In this document: in pieces, positions 53,073-63,181 of the stretch
Numbering within the stretch: the stretch's first letter is position 1
How the letters are laid out: the number at the start of each line of letters is the position of its first letter
IMG/VR virus record: IMGVR_UViG_3300040801_004532
Location: 62,001 to 126,000 of that record
Strand: one strand, 5' to 3'
DNA length: 64,000 bases
Made by a program: the position numbers and the translations under genes
Notes under the pieces: model-generated
Databases searched by the model: none
The model's input: the letters and a program-made list of their open reading frames with translations, nothing else
Told to the model about the DNA's origin: nothing

Positions 53073-54299
53073 TTAACCATCCTCACTTTTTTCATAAACA
53101 TATAACTCAAGCACCATCCCAGCTTTTAAATTTGTTGTGTCTTTTTTAATAACTAAGGTCCAACCATTATCAGTTAACCAATAATTTTCACCAAATGCAA
53201 GTTCTCCATATGACGCATTAACAATCAAAGCTCTAGGAAATGTAATTTGCTCAGGTAGATTAATGATAATATTTGAAGTTGAATCAAGTTCGCTTTGTGT
53301 AACCTCATGAAAATACCTTATCTTATAAATGAAATGACCAACATATGTCATTACATTAGTTGCATCAGCAGGATCAAGATACCCAAGGTTGTCACTATTT
53401 GTTTCAGATTCAAGACCCCAGTCCCACCTGTAATTAGTCAACCATCTATTATCAGGTGGTTGATAATCGTTATACATTGAGTAAACAGATTCGTATCTTA
53501 TTTCTAGGTTAATACCCTGAGCCAAATAATCAGATTCCATTACCAAGTAAGTTGGCATTTCAAGTTCATAATTAATTGTAGCATTTAGTTTCCACTCGGC
53601 AATATTATCTGCTCCACCATATCTATTACTTGCATCTGACAGACTTGTTAAAGTAATTTCTGGTTTGATGTTCAGTGGTAACACTAATTCATTTCTAGCA
53701 GTTGATCGTACAAGACGGTCCGAGGCATTTGCAGATGACCAATCAATTTGATATGTTTGTCCTGTATAAGGATTTGTGTACACATAATTTACAAACGAAT
53801 CTGGAAGTATAATAAACGATGAAAAGAATTTTGGATAAATAATTCGATCTAAACCACCAAACATATTAATCATCAACATACGAATATCACAGTATTCATA
53901 AAAACTATTACATAACATGATCAACTCAATTTCACCCTTGACCCTTAGAAATCCTGGATACATCAAAACCTGTTCATCTCGATATATTGGATCAAATAAT
54001 CTCTTTGCAAGGGTTGGAGCTAAATTTGGATATCTCCAAAGTTGCTTTCCGCCAGCATTTCCATCAGCAGGTAAAAAATCCCCAGTTGGATTTAAAATCA
54101 ATGCTGGCAAAAGAGGCATGTCTGTTTCTCTATTATATTGACATTGCTTTCGAATAAATTCTACAGCTTTATCATAAGTTCCCACAACACGATATTCAAA
54201 CCTTGGATATATACCGTCGCTGAGCCAATCTAATGTATCCTTAAAAAAATTGGCGAAAACATTGTGAATAAAATGATACCGTTCTCTAAGCTGAGTCAT
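53073..54299 (-). CDS. hypothetical protein, possible tail/neck structural protein
   Basis: 408-aa ORF with beta-rich composition; structural role inferred from context only. Confidence 0.5.
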   Translation of the reverse strand: MTQLRERYHFIHNVFANFFKDTLDWLSDGIYPRFEYRVVGTYDKAVEFIRKQCQYNRETDMPLLPALILNPTGDFLPADGNAGGKQLWRYPNLAPTLAKRLFDPIYRDEQVLMYPGFLRVKGEIELIMLCNSFYEYCDIRMLMINMFGGLDRIIYPKFFSSFIILPDSFVNYVYTNPYTGQTYQIDWSSANASDRLVRSTARNELVLPLNIKPEITLTSLSDASNRYGGADNIAEWKLNATINYELEMPTYLVMESDYLAQGINLEIRYESVYSMYNDYQPPDNRWLTNYRWDWGLESETNSDNLGYLDPADATNVMTYVGHFIYKIRYFHEVTQSELDSTSNIIINLPEQITFPRALIVNASYGELAFGENYWLTDNGWTLVIKKDTTNLKAGMVLELYVYEKSEDG

Positions 54300-54927
54300 T
54301 CTTTATAGCCTCTTGTTCTGCTTCTGCATAGTTGATTAGATCACCAGAAGCATCTCGAGTTTTCATATGTGCCTTTCCAGCCGTTTTGCTTTCAAGGTTA
54401 TACTCGTCCAATAAATTTAGCGCTGAAGTTGTTGTAATCTGAAGACCACTGGTTCTTACAATCTTTTTACCTAATCGTTTCAAAATATTATGTCTTTCAG
54501 TAATCAAAAAGATATATTCGTCTACATAAGAATTGATTGTAAAACCATAAATATTGAGTGTATCAAATACATCTTTATCATGAAGTTCAACCTTTGATAA
54601 TACTATTGATTCGTTAAGTATGAAAGAAACGTCATGTGTATATTCGTCTCTTATCCCTTCAAATTGGTTAGAAATATCTAAAGTATCTTTCTTATAGTTA
54701 TGTAATTTAATAAAAGTTTCACAAAATTTTGACGATTCTAAATTTTTAAACATGTTAATCTTTATACTTTTTTTGAAGGTTGAGTGATCAGAAAAATCGG
54801 GATCAACTCTAAATAATAAAAAAGTTGATTTCTTATCGAAATATATTCCGATATTATAAAACCCATCTAATACTGGCAACCTAAGAGTATAACTTCTGTT
54901 AAATGATTTTCCGAGTACAAGTGACAT
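54286..54927 (-). CDS. hypothetical protein
   Basis: ORF track. Confidence 0.6.
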   Translation of the reverse strand: MSLVLGKSFNRSYTLRLPVLDGFYNIGIYFDKKSTFLLFRVDPDFSDHSTFKKSIKINMFKNLESSKFCETFIKLHNYKKDTLDISNQFEGIRDEYTHDVSFILNESIVLSKVELHDKDVFDTLNIYGFTINSYVDEYIFLITERHNILKRLGKKIVRTSGLQITTTSALNLLDEYNLESKTAGKAHMKTRDASGDLINYAEAEQEAIKNDSA

Positions 54928-54938
54928 TCTTATCCCCT

Positions 54939-56867
54939 TTATTCAAAATCAAAATTCATATCAGCAAAACTACCGTCGCCAGATTCTTCTTTTGGTTTTT
55001 CACTTACAATTAAAATACTATCCTTAGTCATACTTTCTTCATCGACCAGGACAGCAAAATAATCATAATCAACAGCCATCTTCTTATCTGTCTCTGGATT
55101 CCAGATATACAAAGCCTTAATTATATTTTCATCAAACTCTTTGAGTTCATCTAAACTCCAAGGATTATCAGAAAAATCAAATGGTTTATTTCCCAACTTC
55201 TTGACGTATTCTAAAACATCATCTCGATTCGATTCAGGGATATCTTGTTTGAAGTTTGTAAGATATCTTTGCAGGGGTGTTATCTTTTCAATGTTTGATG
55301 TTTTTTTAACTTTTTTGTTTCCAACAAAATATTTTACAATTTCGTCAGAAACACCTTTTTCTTTTAATTTTGAAACAATTTCAGCGTTTTTTAGATCATA
55401 ACCCAACTTCTGATCTACTTCCACCAAGATAACCTCATTTACAATTTGTTCTAAACTAAACTGATTCTTGGATGGCAAACTCACATTTTTACTAAGATAT
55501 AATTTTTCATGAAGTTCATTAATTGGTTTGGTTTCACTTATAATATTTTCATTCAACTCTTGCACAAATGTCTCTATGTCTCTTTCATCAATTCCTGTAC
55601 AATTGTTATCAACTAAAACTCTCTTATATTTATCAAAAATTCCCAATGAGTCATAGTACTTATATCTTCCAACTACAGAAGAAGTTATATCATTCTTATC
55701 CATTTTATCAAGATATGAGAACGCATAACTATCCATAAAACATCTCAAAAACAAATATACCATTGACTTGTTCTCATATGCATTTTGAAATTTAGATTCA
55801 AGTCTTCTTCTTAGAGTTCTGAAATAACCAATTATCATTAAGACGTCTTTGGCAAATTCAATATTTTCTTTTTTGTCAACTACATCACATTTCAAAATTG
55901 GGATGCTGATTGGTATTGGTGCCTCTTTTTCTGTGTAACCTTTAGAATAAAGGTAATGAAATAGAGTAGTTAAATATACAAGTGACTTTTTATCATCGTC
56001 AGTAATCCCTCTTAGCGGATCTATCTCAATATTGGTTTTAATGTCATTAGCCAATTCAAGAACTGCTCCCCGAGTAGCACCAAAACTATTTAGTTTGCTT
56101 TCAAGTTTTGTCAAATCATTCTCGAGCATTTTTCCAATAAAAGGACTATCGTATTCTACAAGGGTCTCTTTCTTTTCTGCCTTCTCTTCTTCAATCTCGG
56201 GAATCTTTATATTGTTCATATTATCACCCAAAAACTTATCAAGGTCCTCAATTGTCGACTCAGTTTTGCTTTCATCATCATACGACGGTTCTGCGGCGCG
56301 GGAATCTAGGATAGAATCCGGGATAGAAATTTGAGAAGAGATTCCTTTGATTAAAGAAGGTAGTTGCTGAATGATTTGTGTCTGCTCACCATTAATTGAA
56401 TGGTTAAGAAGATTTACACAAAGATTATCATAATTTTCAACAAATTTTCTCAACCTTCTTAATACTGATTGAAATGTTGGTTTGAGGGGGATAATAATTT
56501 TAGTTGCATCAGACTCATTTGAAATAAGCTCAATGACAACTACACGTTCTTGACTTGATTGTTCTAATGCAAATTTGAAATAGATTTTAGTATCTCGTTG
56601 ATATTTCTTTTCAACTACTGAACTATCTCCATTTAATTGTTTAAGGGCTTTTTCAAATGACTCCAAAAGATCTTCAGCATTTGAAATGTTTAGATTATAA
56701 GATTTTTGATAGTTGTTTGAAATTGAAATGTTAAATATTGGTGGGTTAAAGAATCTATTATCTGCTGTGTTTGTTGATATTGAAATTCTTAAATAACCAT
56801 CTGTTCCATAGTGCTTGTCCTTATGTGAAAGCACCGTTTGACTAAACCACTTTGTGTTCTCGTTCAT
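54939..56867 (-). CDS. large hypothetical protein (642 aa)
   Basis: AGGAG SD; long uninterrupted ORF. Confidence 0.75.
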   Translation of the reverse strand: MNENTKWFSQTVLSHKDKHYGTDGYLRISISTNTADNRFFNPPIFNISISNNYQKSYNLNISNAEDLLESFEKALKQLNGDSSVVEKKYQRDTKIYFKFALEQSSQERVVVIELISNESDATKIIIPLKPTFQSVLRRLRKFVENYDNLCVNLLNHSINGEQTQIIQQLPSLIKGISSQISIPDSILDSRAAEPSYDDESKTESTIEDLDKFLGDNMNNIKIPEIEEEKAEKKETLVEYDSPFIGKMLENDLTKLESKLNSFGATRGAVLELANDIKTNIEIDPLRGITDDDKKSLVYLTTLFHYLYSKGYTEKEAPIPISIPILKCDVVDKKENIEFAKDVLMIIGYFRTLRRRLESKFQNAYENKSMVYLFLRCFMDSYAFSYLDKMDKNDITSSVVGRYKYYDSLGIFDKYKRVLVDNNCTGIDERDIETFVQELNENIISETKPINELHEKLYLSKNVSLPSKNQFSLEQIVNEVILVEVDQKLGYDLKNAEIVSKLKEKGVSDEIVKYFVGNKKVKKTSNIEKITPLQRYLTNFKQDIPESNRDDVLEYVKKLGNKPFDFSDNPWSLDELKEFDENIIKALYIWNPETDKKMAVDYDYFAVLVDEESMTKDSILIVSEKPKEESGDGSFADMNFDFE

Positions 56868-57061
56868 TCATGACTCCTTTAATTTCCTTTGAGGTGTTGC
56901 TCTCTACATTTATTTGTTACTGTTAGCTACTGGATCAACCCGAAGGGTTGCGCCGTCCGCGTAGGACATTACAAGGGTACCTGCGCGCCAGCGCATTTCA
57001 CGTTACTTAATTTCCTTTGCTTGTCTTTTTTTTTATTTTAGAATTTTTCATCTGGCATATA

Positions 57062-57231
57062 GTGCTAATATATGAAATATATTAGCGCTCGATATCCCTA
57101 AGAACCCTAAGAACCATAAGAAAAATAACCATGAAAATGCCCCTGATTTTTGGAGGTGCTAATATATATATTAGCGCTCGATATCCCTAAGAACCCTAAG
57201 ACCGTAAGAAAACTCGTAAGAACCCTAAGAG
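57062..57231. repeat. duplicated palindrome + iteron-like block (candidate origin/packaging site)
   Basis: two copies of GTGCTAATATAT..ATATTAGCGCTCGATATCCCTAAGAACCCTAAGA at 57062 and 57156; eight TAAGA units. Confidence 0.7.
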
Positions 57232-57716
57232 CTAGAATAATCTTCAATTAGAATAACATTATGTTTGGTTTTTACAGCTCTTTTTTCTCTCATATTTTTT
57301 GCGAGTTTTTTATTTTCATTCTTATCTCTACATTTAGCATTGTGTCCATTTATAAATCTATTTCCTTTTTTAACTGGATGCCCACATCCACAAGCACATA
57401 AAACTGGCAATTCAATTTCTGGCTTTTTTGCTTTTCTCATTTCATCTGTAAATCTTTTAAATTCTTCTTTACCATTCTTAACGTGAGCCTTTCGTTGCCT
57501 GAATACTTTTCGTAAAAACTCAACTTCTAATTCAACCCTATATTTCTTTCTTATCTTATTAATGGTTTTGTTAATTGCGATTGATTGTTTGTCGCCTTTT
57601 CTCCTCATTAGATAATCAATTGTGTTTATAGCATCTCTTACACAATCCGTATAGTAATATTCCTTTTTCAAAACATAAAATTCTAAAAATGAATGCTCTC
57701 TATTTAAACTAAACAT
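57225..57716 (-). CDS. basic hypothetical protein (CACGCG motif, possible DNA binding)
   Basis: LCACGCG...RFINGHN. Confidence 0.55.
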   Translation of the reverse strand: MFSLNREHSFLEFYVLKKEYYYTDCVRDAINTIDYLMRRKGDKQSIAINKTINKIRKKYRVELEVEFLRKVFRQRKAHVKNGKEEFKRFTDEMRKAKKPEIELPVLCACGCGHPVKKGNRFINGHNAKCRDKNENKKLAKNMREKRAVKTKHNVILIEDYSSS

Positions 57717-57728
57717 TCAAACCTCCTT

Positions 57729-57962
57729 TCAATAGATTCCCTCAATTTTTCTTATGTTCTCAAAACTAATAATATGAACCATATCACCCTGAAATTTAGC
57801 ATTCTTAATAATATCTTCGTCATCATATCTAACCCAATTACAAAGTTTATATGTAGAAAATTTTGTAACTTTGAATCCAAGATCAACAATCTGGCCAGTC
57901 CAAACATCATCTTCTTTTTTTATTGGGGTAATAAATACTTGATCGCCTAATGCATTAATCAT
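57729..57962 (-). CDS. GroES-like small protein
   Basis: INALGDQVFITP...G.IVDLG...I...NI pattern. Confidence 0.45.
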   Translation of the reverse strand: MINALGDQVFITPIKKEDDVWTGQIVDLGFKVTKFSTYKLCNWVRYDDEDIIKNAKFQGDMVHIISFENIRKIEGIY

Positions 57963-58521
57963 TTGACTCCTCTAATACCTTGGTTAATTTTACAATCACA
58001 TTTTGAAAATATTTTTTTCCATCTTTGATTCCCTTTTTGCTCATATTGGTAAGAATGATATTTCTCATATCAACCAGGTATTTATTAATGATCCCATCAT
58101 CTAGTCCAGTATCGTTTTTCTCATCTTTTGAAATTGACACATTAGGACACTTCTGACCTGGTTTTAGAGGGGGGTGAACCAACCCACATTGCTCACAAAC
58201 ATTTGATGGGTTATATGTTTGAGGTGGTGGTCCTGGTTGGACTCCAGATGTATTAATTACATTTGCTGGTGCAGGTTGCGGTTTTGGTGCTGGAGGTCCT
58301 GGTTTTGGACCTGGTGGAGTACTGTGATAAGGGCGCTCTTGTGGGCCTTGATTATCAAACATTCCATTGCCTTCTGTTTGAGCATACTCTCCACCTTGAT
58401 TATCAAATTGACCTTCTGGGTTAAAATTTTGGTGGGTTTGTTGTGGGGTTCCACGTTGTGATTCCTGTAATTTTTGAATCTTTTCCATGAGCTGTTGAAT
58501 TTCTTTTTCTTGTTCGTTCAT
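57955..58521 (-). CDS. Gln/Pro-rich protein with Zn motif
   Basis: low-complexity N-half; CEQCGLVHPP...CP. Confidence 0.65.
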   Translation of the reverse strand: MNEQEKEIQQLMEKIQKLQESQRGTPQQTHQNFNPEGQFDNQGGEYAQTEGNGMFDNQGPQERPYHSTPPGPKPGPPAPKPQPAPANVINTSGVQPGPPPQTYNPSNVCEQCGLVHPPLKPGQKCPNVSISKDEKNDTGLDDGIINKYLVDMRNIILTNMSKKGIKDGKKYFQNVIVKLTKVLEESND

Positions 58522-58584
58522 AGTTTTCTAACCTCCGAGTTCGTTTTGGTGTTTGTTCTTAATGAAAGTTAATTAATCTTGAAC

Positions 58585-58604
58585 TATATATATTAATATT
58601 TGAA
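58585..58604 (+). promoter_or_regulatory. candidate phage promoter variant TATATATATTAATATTTGAA
   Basis: 17/20 match to the 29275/34171 motif, upstream of the replication block. Confidence 0.5.
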
Positions 58605-58648
58605 GATACAACAATAGTTTTTAACTTTTTTTAAAAGGAGGTGTTTAA

Positions 58649-59425
58649 TTGGCAGAGGAAAAGAAAAAAACAAAAAGTCAGGCACCACTCATTGGTATTA
58701 TCGGCAGTTTACTTCTTTTGGTAATTTTTATGGGGGTAATGTATGTTCGGCTGAATATAAAATATAACAAAGATATTGCCGAATCTAACGAGATTATTCA
58801 AAAATTTGACGAACAAAACAAAGAACTACAGACAAATCTATCAAGTGTCAAAGATGTAACCGATTCTTATCGGTCACGTCTTGAGGGTATCAAGGACAAA
58901 GATGATTTACTCAAACGAGATATTTTTGTCTATGTTGATACAAAGTATGTAGAAATTCCAAAATCTGTGGCTATTGATATTGCTGAAAATATTGTAAACC
59001 TTAGTAAAAAATATAATATTTCGCCTGAGTTAATTGTAGGAATTATTCAGGTGGAATCATCTTTTAATCCAATGGCAGTAAGTTCAAAGAAGGCCAGAGG
59101 ATTAATGCAGGTCATGCCTGAATGGGTCAAAAAAATAGATGGAGTTAACAAAATAACAGATCTTCATGATATTGATACCAATATCAATACTGGAGTTCAA
59201 GTTTTGTTGATTCACATCGAGGAGTCAAATGGTAGTTTATCTAAGGGGCTTTATCACTATGTTGGAAAAAGTACTTCGTATGTAGATAATGTATATCGAG
59301 CAATCGGCGAATTTGTTGCTTTTAGATCAACAATTGACGATAACAAAATATCTAACAAGAGTACAGTGGAGGAGGAAAAGGGAGAGGAACTTGAACCTGA
59401 ACAAGGAACAGCAGAAAATAGTTGA
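58649..59425 (+). CDS. membrane-anchored lytic transglycosylase (SLT)
   Basis: IQVESSFNPMAVS..ARGLMQVMP...NI.TG...L..Y; N-terminal TM; TTG start. Confidence 0.88.
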   Translation: MAEEKKKTKSQAPLIGIIGSLLLLVIFMGVMYVRLNIKYNKDIAESNEIIQKFDEQNKELQTNLSSVKDVTDSYRSRLEGIKDKDDLLKRDIFVYVDTKYVEIPKSVAIDIAENIVNLSKKYNISPELIVGIIQVESSFNPMAVSSKKARGLMQVMPEWVKKIDGVNKITDLHDIDTNINTGVQVLLIHIEESNGSLSKGLYHYVGKSTSYVDNVYRAIGEFVAFRSTIDDNKISNKSTVEEEKGEELEPEQGTAENS

Positions 59426-60641
59426 TGAAATCATTGCTGATCTATTGACCAGCGGGTATCAGACACTGCCATGGGCACCAAGGAAAACATTCACTAGGGT
59501 AATCGGTGGGTATGCTGGAACCGGTAAAACCACAACAATTTCAGAATTAAGAAAGGCAATTTATCAAAGAATGCCGAAGGTAGATGTTGCAATTGCAACC
59601 CTAACTGGAAAGGCTGCATCTGTTCTGAAATTGAAGCTTGGTGCCTATGGCTCGTTGTTTACACAAGATTATCTTGGAACTATTCATGGACTTATATATA
59701 GTCCAGAAACTGTATGGGATAAAAAATTAAAAACATTTGTCATTGTTGGGTGGAAAAGAAAACCCAAAGATCAAATGGTTGCTGACCTTATTATAATTGA
59801 TGAAGCATCTATGGTTGGAACCGATATATGGAATGATCTTAAATCATATGATAAAACAATAATTGCCGTTGGTGATCATGGGCAATTGCCACCTGTATCA
59901 GAATCACAATTTAATCTTCTATCTAACCCTCATTATATGCTAACAGAAATACACCGTCAAGCATTAAATTCCCCAATAATTAAACTCTCTAAATTTGTTA
60001 GAGAAGAAGGATATATTCCTTTTGGTTTCCTATCAAAAGATGTTTTTAAACTTAGATGGAAGGGTGATCTTTGTCAAAAAATATGGAAAAATAAATTGAA
60101 ATTTGACGAAGATGATATGACCGTCCTTTGTGCTTTTAATACAACAAGAGCCAATTTAAATGACTCGATTCGGAGACATTTAAAATATAAAGAAAAGGTG
60201 CCTTATCCAGGAGAGAAGATAGTTTGTCTTGTAAACAATCATCATCAAAAAATAATGAATGGGCAAGTAGGAAAAGTTTTATGGTTGATGCCCGAGCAGG
60301 ATGGTTTATATCGTGTCACCTTAGAAATTGATGGTGAGATCTATGAAGTGATGATAGCTGAAAAATGTTTTGGAGAAGTACAATATACAATGTATGACAA
60401 AACATCAAAACTAACAAAAATGAAAGATTATGCATTTGATCAAGGATTTCCAACTATTGGGTTTTTTGATTACGGATATTGTATATCAGTTCATAAATCA
60501 CAAGGGTCTGAATGGGATAAGGTTGTAGTTATAGAACAGAGGACAAAAAGGTGGGATGACGAATATTATAAAAGATGGTTATATACAGCGATAACAAGAG
60601 CAAGAGAAAAACTTTTCATCATTGGGGATTTTTGGGGTTAA
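59391..60641 (+). CDS. Dda/RecD-like SF1 helicase
   Basis: GYAGTGKTT, IIDEASM, GDHGQLPPV, HRQA, YCISVHKSQGSEW, LYTAITRA; TTG start after GGAGAGG. Confidence 0.9.
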   Translation: MNLNKEQQKIVDEIIADLLTSGYQTLPWAPRKTFTRVIGGYAGTGKTTTISELRKAIYQRMPKVDVAIATLTGKAASVLKLKLGAYGSLFTQDYLGTIHGLIYSPETVWDKKLKTFVIVGWKRKPKDQMVADLIIIDEASMVGTDIWNDLKSYDKTIIAVGDHGQLPPVSESQFNLLSNPHYMLTEIHRQALNSPIIKLSKFVREEGYIPFGFLSKDVFKLRWKGDLCQKIWKNKLKFDEDDMTVLCAFNTTRANLNDSIRRHLKYKEKVPYPGEKIVCLVNNHHQKIMNGQVGKVLWLMPEQDGLYRVTLEIDGEIYEVMIAEKCFGEVQYTMYDKTSKLTKMKDYAFDQGFPTIGFFDYGYCISVHKSQGSEWDKVVVIEQRTKRWDDEYYKRWLYTAITRAREKLFIIGDFWG

Positions 60642-60665
60642 CTCAACTTAAGGAAGGAGGATGAT

Positions 60666-60941
60666 TTGGCAAAATCAGCAATCCATACAAATCTTGAAAT
60701 TGAAAGACTGAAGAGAAAAAAGGAGAAGGTTATCCCAAACTGTTATGAAAACACCAAAACAGAAACAGCTCATATCTGTTCAAGAGTTATGAAAGATAAG
60801 ACATGCTCTGCATATGCGTATCCTCAAGCCAAATGGCGGGCCGGCGATTGTCCTTTGGCAGATCTTGAACTACAAACACCAATCATCAAAGAGGATACGA
60901 AAAAGACTCGGGTTGGGCAACAGAAACAGAAAAAACGATAG
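60666..60941 (+). CDS. hypothetical protein
   Basis: GGAGG SD. Confidence 0.6.
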   Translation: MAKSAIHTNLEIERLKRKKEKVIPNCYENTKTETAHICSRVMKDKTCSAYAYPQAKWRAGDCPLADLELQTPIIKEDTKKTRVGQQKQKKR

Positions 60942-61035
60942 TAGAAGATGGGGAATGGGGGAGATAAGTCTCCCCCTAACCTCCAGCAATTTTTTTTATC
61001 ATTTGGAACATAATATAAATTCATGCTGGAGGTTA

Positions 61036-61431
61036 ATGGTAATGTCTAAACTTTCAAAGTCTGTCTCTAAAAAATTAGCAGAATATGGATATAAAATATT
61101 TAAAGAATTTGAGGAAGATAAATATGATATTATTTTCGCGGAAAATATGGTCGTATACGTTTTTAGAGAGAACACCTTGGGTGTATCATTTCAAGCAACT
61201 GCCAAAGCAGATCTTGCTGCTACTAATGTAATGATTTTAAACGAAATCCCTGAAGTCATGGATATTGAGATTATGGATTCTTTTATATATAACACAAAAC
61301 ATGAAGTTGTTCAGGGCGATGCAGCTTATGAACTGATCGAAGAAAACATTAAACAGGCAGCAATTAACGAGTACGTAAGGAAACAAATATATAAGAATAT
61401 GCTTGAAGACGTAGAATGCTATGATTGTTAA
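61036..61431 (+). CDS. hypothetical protein
   Basis: GGAGG SD before ATG 61036. Confidence 0.6.
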   Translation: MVMSKLSKSVSKKLAEYGYKIFKEFEEDKYDIIFAENMVVYVFRENTLGVSFQATAKADLAATNVMILNEIPEVMDIEIMDSFIYNTKHEVVQGDAAYELIEENIKQAAINEYVRKQIYKNMLEDVECYDC

Positions 61432-61442
61432 AGGAGAAATGA

Positions 61443-62426
61443 ATGACTGAATTGGTTGACTCTTTATGGATTGAAAAGTATCGTCCTCGTAAATTAGAGG
61501 AGTTGGTTTTACCTGAAAGCTATAGAGGGGATTTTGCTAAGATAATTTCAACAGGTTCATTACCAAACCTTTTATTTTCTGGTCCTCCTGGTGGTGGCAA
61601 AACAACATTAGCCAGAGTTCTATGTTCTAAAAATGGAGTTTTATTTAATAAACATGACAATCTCCTTTCTGCAAATGGTTCGGCAAAAAGGACAAGGGGT
61701 ATTGATTATGTGGATAAAGTAATTGAACCTTTTCTAAAACATCCGCCAGCAGGCGATAAATATAAGGTTGTGTTTATTGATGAAGCAGATAAATTAACAA
61801 CAGATGGATTTGACTCGCTTAGAGCTATAATCGAAAAATATCACGTAGCATATGGGCGATTTATTTTTACTTGTAATTATATTTCAAAAATACCAGATCC
61901 TGTTCAGAGTAGGTTCATTCCTTATACCTTTTCACAAATTCCAAAAGATTTTATTTTGAAATATTGTAAGTGGATTCTTGATAGTGAAGAGATCGATTAT
62001 CACGAAGATAATATTAAGTTGGCGATTTCAAATTTATATCCTGATGTAAGAAAAATAGTCAATGCCCTACAACGAGCTTCTTGGGGTGGGAAATTAGACA
62101 TCAAAGAGTCTGATGTTATATCAAATGAAAAACGAATAATTTCTTTCATTCTTGAAATTATTAGCAATATTGAAAAAGGGCAAGACAAAAAACTTGGTGG
62201 GATTGTAAATTCAATTGTTGAAATTGTTTCAACATTAGATCTTGAATATAGGAATATTTATACTGAGTTATTCTTTTCAACAATACCTGCTCCAGCAAAA
62301 ATTGTTATAAATAAATATTCAAACGGTCATCAAAATTGTCTTGTTCCACATATGCATTTTATGGCGATGGTATTTGATATTATCAAAGCATTGCAAGGAT
62401 ATAGAAAAGCTTTAATGGGAAAGTAA
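61443..62426 (+). CDS. sliding clamp loader AAA+ subunit (RFC-S/T4 gp44-like)
   Basis: LWIEKYRP, LLFSGPPGGGKTT, IDEADKL, FIFTCN..SKI...QSR. Confidence 0.92.
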   Translation: MTELVDSLWIEKYRPRKLEELVLPESYRGDFAKIISTGSLPNLLFSGPPGGGKTTLARVLCSKNGVLFNKHDNLLSANGSAKRTRGIDYVDKVIEPFLKHPPAGDKYKVVFIDEADKLTTDGFDSLRAIIEKYHVAYGRFIFTCNYISKIPDPVQSRFIPYTFSQIPKDFILKYCKWILDSEEIDYHEDNIKLAISNLYPDVRKIVNALQRASWGGKLDIKESDVISNEKRIISFILEIISNIEKGQDKKLGGIVNSIVEIVSTLDLEYRNIYTELFFSTIPAPAKIVINKYSNGHQNCLVPHMHFMAMVFDIIKALQGYRKALMGK

Positions 62427-62427
62427 A

Positions 62428-62760
62428 ATGTATTTAGATGATACTCAAGAAAAGCGGGCTCTGAATCTGTATGAGCATTTGAAACGACAAGATGTAGACT
62501 GTTTGAAAACTATTGGTATAGAAAAATGTGAAAAATGTAGTGGTACTGGATTATCTAAAATTTTTGGTGTAGAGGGAGATATTGGTTGGATACCTGGAAA
62601 TTACTGTGAGAAATGTAGTGGGTTGGGGTTTGTTGGTGTTTTGGATGAATGGCAAGTTGATTTAATACATTACGTATGTAGAAAATGTGGAGGGTCTGGT
62701 TGTTCAAAATGTAAATATAAAGGTGTAGTTGATTGGGTAGCACACACAATGGGAGAATGA
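62428..62760 (+). CDS. DnaJ-type zinc-finger-like protein
   Basis: three CxxCxGxG repeats. Confidence 0.6.
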   Translation: MYLDDTQEKRALNLYEHLKRQDVDCLKTIGIEKCEKCSGTGLSKIFGVEGDIGWIPGNYCEKCSGLGFVGVLDEWQVDLIHYVCRKCGGSGCSKCKYKGVVDWVAHTMGE

Positions 62761-62761
62761 A

Positions 62762-63181
62762 ATGAAATGGTACTGGGTATGTGGGGGAGATCCAAGAAAT
62801 GGAAGGATTGTATTTAATGTAATTAAATGTACTAGAAGTAAAATTCGTGCACATTTGCTGGCAGCCACTAAAAAAAATGAAGACCCAAATTTTGATTATT
62901 GGGTCAGAGAAGATGTTGAACATTCAGATCCAGATTACAAGCAGTATAAATGCCCGGCCTGTGGAAATGAAATGAGTAAAAGAGAGCTTAGTGATACATG
63001 GGATTGGGCGGGGCCACATTGTAATGAATGTGGTTGTACGGGTATGGCCATGTTTGCTGCAGTAACAAAAAAACCAATAACCACTGGGTACCAGGCATTA
63101 AGGGCAAAATTTGCTTCGATTCTTGGATGGGAAAAATTAGAAGAAATTGATAAGGAAGTTAAAAGAGAGAGAAACGAATGA
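62762..63181 (+). CDS. zinc-ribbon hypothetical protein
   Basis: CPACG...CNECG. Confidence 0.55.
   Translation: MKWYWVCGGDPRNGRIVFNVIKCTRSKIRAHLLAATKKNEDPNFDYWVREDVEHSDPDYKQYKCPACGNEMSKRELSDTWDWAGPHCNECGCTGMAMFAAVTKKPITTGYQALRAKFASILGWEKLEEIDKEVKRERNE

Noticed and set aside
35871-56334. Short + strand ORFs antisense to the sugar cluster and structural genes
   Set aside because: They lack SD sequences, are fully nested in longer minus-strand genes with recognisable motifs, and show mirror-like composition
57062-57231. CRISPR array
   Set aside because: Only two long units with short tandem sub-repeats, no unique 30-40 nt spacers and no cas genes
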